Virus record (IMG/VR): IMGVR_UViG_3300031521_000015
Direction: 5' to 3' (one strand)
Length of the DNA stretch: 64,000 nucleotides
From: a virus
Shown here piece after piece: positions 62,708 to 64,000 of the stretch (positions within the stretch are counted from its first letter, which is position 1; each line of letters opens with the position of its first letter). The translations under genes were made by a program, and so were the position numbers. Below the pieces are notes generated by a model. It saw only the letters and a list, made by a program, of their open reading frames with translations, was not told the DNA's origin and did no database searches.

Positions 62708-62812
62708 GGAAGGATAGATTGAAAAGTCGCGAGTTCAATTGATAAGCTCTCTCCAATGAGTTTCCTTTCCTTTTATACATATTGGAGCAATAAATTAAAT
62801 TATATTGGAGGA
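62708..62812 (+). ncRNA. Structured leader RNA, copy 5
   Basis: P1 GGAAGGA/TCCTTTCC; P2 loop TCGCGA; P3 loop CTCCAAT complementary to ATTGGAG at 62781 and 62804; TG-TATAAT at 62689-62697. Confidence 0.75.
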
Positions 62813-62820
62813 ATTTATTA

Positions 62821-64000
62821 ATGGAGAGAATTAGCCAAGAAAAGTATTTAGAAATTATAAATAAATTTAAAGAAGAAAATAAAGAAGATTATGAGAATAG
62901 TAAAATTAGAAAAGTATTTTTAGATATTTTACCACATGGAGGAAAAGGTAAAAAGGGAGGAAATATATCTAATAAATGTATTAATTGGGATTACTCAAAA
63001 AACTTCAAAATATATTTCATATACAAGGACAGAGAAGGATATATTAAAATTATTGATTATGAAAGAGATAAAAAGAATTATATATTAATAGAATTCAATG
63101 ATAAGGAAGATGAGGTTTTTACTTGTGATTTTCAAAGATGTAAAATAGGAAAAATATTAGGTAAAGCAACTGGAGATTTTAAAATAGAAATAGGAATGAT
63201 ATTTAAAGATAATAAAAGAAATATCACCATTACTGATGCAAAGAAAGATGAAAAAGGGCTAAAATATTATAAATATAAATGTAACGAGTGTGGGTTTGAA
63301 TGTGGCGAACATTATTCTACTAGAGATAAAATATATAAAGAAGAGTATTGGATAACAGAAGGAAATTTAAAAGATGGAAAAGGTTGTTCTTGTTGTTGTA
63401 GTTCATCACATATTGTAGTCAAAAATATTAATTCGATTGTTATTACTGATCCTTGGATGATACCTTATTTTCAAGGAGGATATGAGGAAGCTAAGAAATA
63501 TACTGCTAGAAGCAATGAAAACATAATACCGTTATGTCCTGACTGTGGAAAAGTAAAATCAAAGAAAATGAGGATAAATACAATTTATGAACATCATTCA
63601 ATAGCTTGTATTTGTAGTGATAAATTTCCCTATCCCGAAAAATTTGTTTTTAGTATTTTGATACAATTGGGGCTAGATTTTGAAACACAATTGAATAAAT
63701 CTTCGTTTAATTGGTGTAAAAAATACAAATATGATTTTTATTTTGAATATAACAATGAACAGTATATTGTAGAAACTCATGGTATGCAACATTATGAAGA
63801 AGGATTTACGCATTTAAAAGATTCTAGAATGCTTAAAGAAGAACAAGAAAATGATAGATTAAAGAAAGAATTAGCTTTAGCAAATGGTATTAAAGAAGAA
63901 AATTATATAGTGATAGATTGTAGGAAAAGTACATTAGAATGGATTAATAATAGTATATTAAACAATGAAAAGATGATAACTAAATTTGATTTGAGTAATA
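62821..64000 (+). CDS. Zinc-ribbon + PD-(D/E)xK-like endonuclease, cut by window edge
   Basis: MERISQEKYLEII..RKVFLDILPHGGKG..KYDFYF..IVETHG; paralogue of 46764 and 53932. Confidence 0.75.
   Translation, partial: MERISQEKYLEIINKFKEENKEDYENSKIRKVFLDILPHGGKGKKGGNISNKCINWDYSKNFKIYFIYKDREGYIKIIDYERDKKNYILIEFNDKEDEVFTCDFQRCKIGKILGKATGDFKIEIGMIFKDNKRNITITDAKKDEKGLKYYKYKCNECGFECGEHYSTRDKIYKEEYWITEGNLKDGKGCSCCCSSSHIVVKNINSIVITDPWMIPYFQGGYEEAKKYTARSNENIIPLCPDCGKVKSKKMRINTIYEHHSIACICSDKFPYPEKFVFSILIQLGLDFETQLNKSSFNWCKKYKYDFYFEYNNEQYIVETHGMQHYEEGFTHLKDSRMLKEEQENDRLKKELALANGIKEENYIVIDCRKSTLEWINNSILNNEKMITKFDLSN

Larger units (their letters stand above)
1..64000. mobile_element. Large temperate phage-plasmid (SPbeta-like structural module, c-st-like TubZRY partition, iteron replicon), partial
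   Basis: Terminase, portal, capsid, tail and tape measure genes occur with a YonO-like RNAP, Rep_3 initiator, iterons and TubZ; no host housekeeping genes seen. Confidence 0.9.

Overview
AT-rich 64-kb segment of a large temperate clostridial-type phage-plasmid: an SPbeta-like virion gene order plus plasmid maintenance genes resembling C. botulinum phage c-st. Left arm (1-10 kb, mostly minus strand): two SpoIIIAC-like membrane proteins, a Replic_Relax-type nuclease, an FtsK/SpoIIIE ATPase and tubR-tubZ, several preceded by sporulation-sigma-like promoters. Next come tubY, an iteron origin and a Rep_3 initiator. The long plus-strand arm carries a YonO-type single-subunit RNA polymerase, accessory enzymes, and terminase, portal, protease/scaffold, capsid, neck, tail and tape measure genes, with seven free-standing homing-endonuclease-like genes. 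Main observations: (1) the terminase and a beta-CASP nuclease gene are each broken by a 4- or 6-nt insert lying between matched codons at a hairpin apex, suggesting programmed ribosomal hopping or micro-splicing; (2) five endonuclease genes share a covarying leader RNA with a palindromic loop and a second loop complementary to two downstream sites, one being the RBS; (3) a possibly sporulation-controlled DNA-transfer/partition module; (4) a ~600-nt highly structured candidate ncRNA. All assignments are by-eye motif recognition; no searches or folding programs were run.
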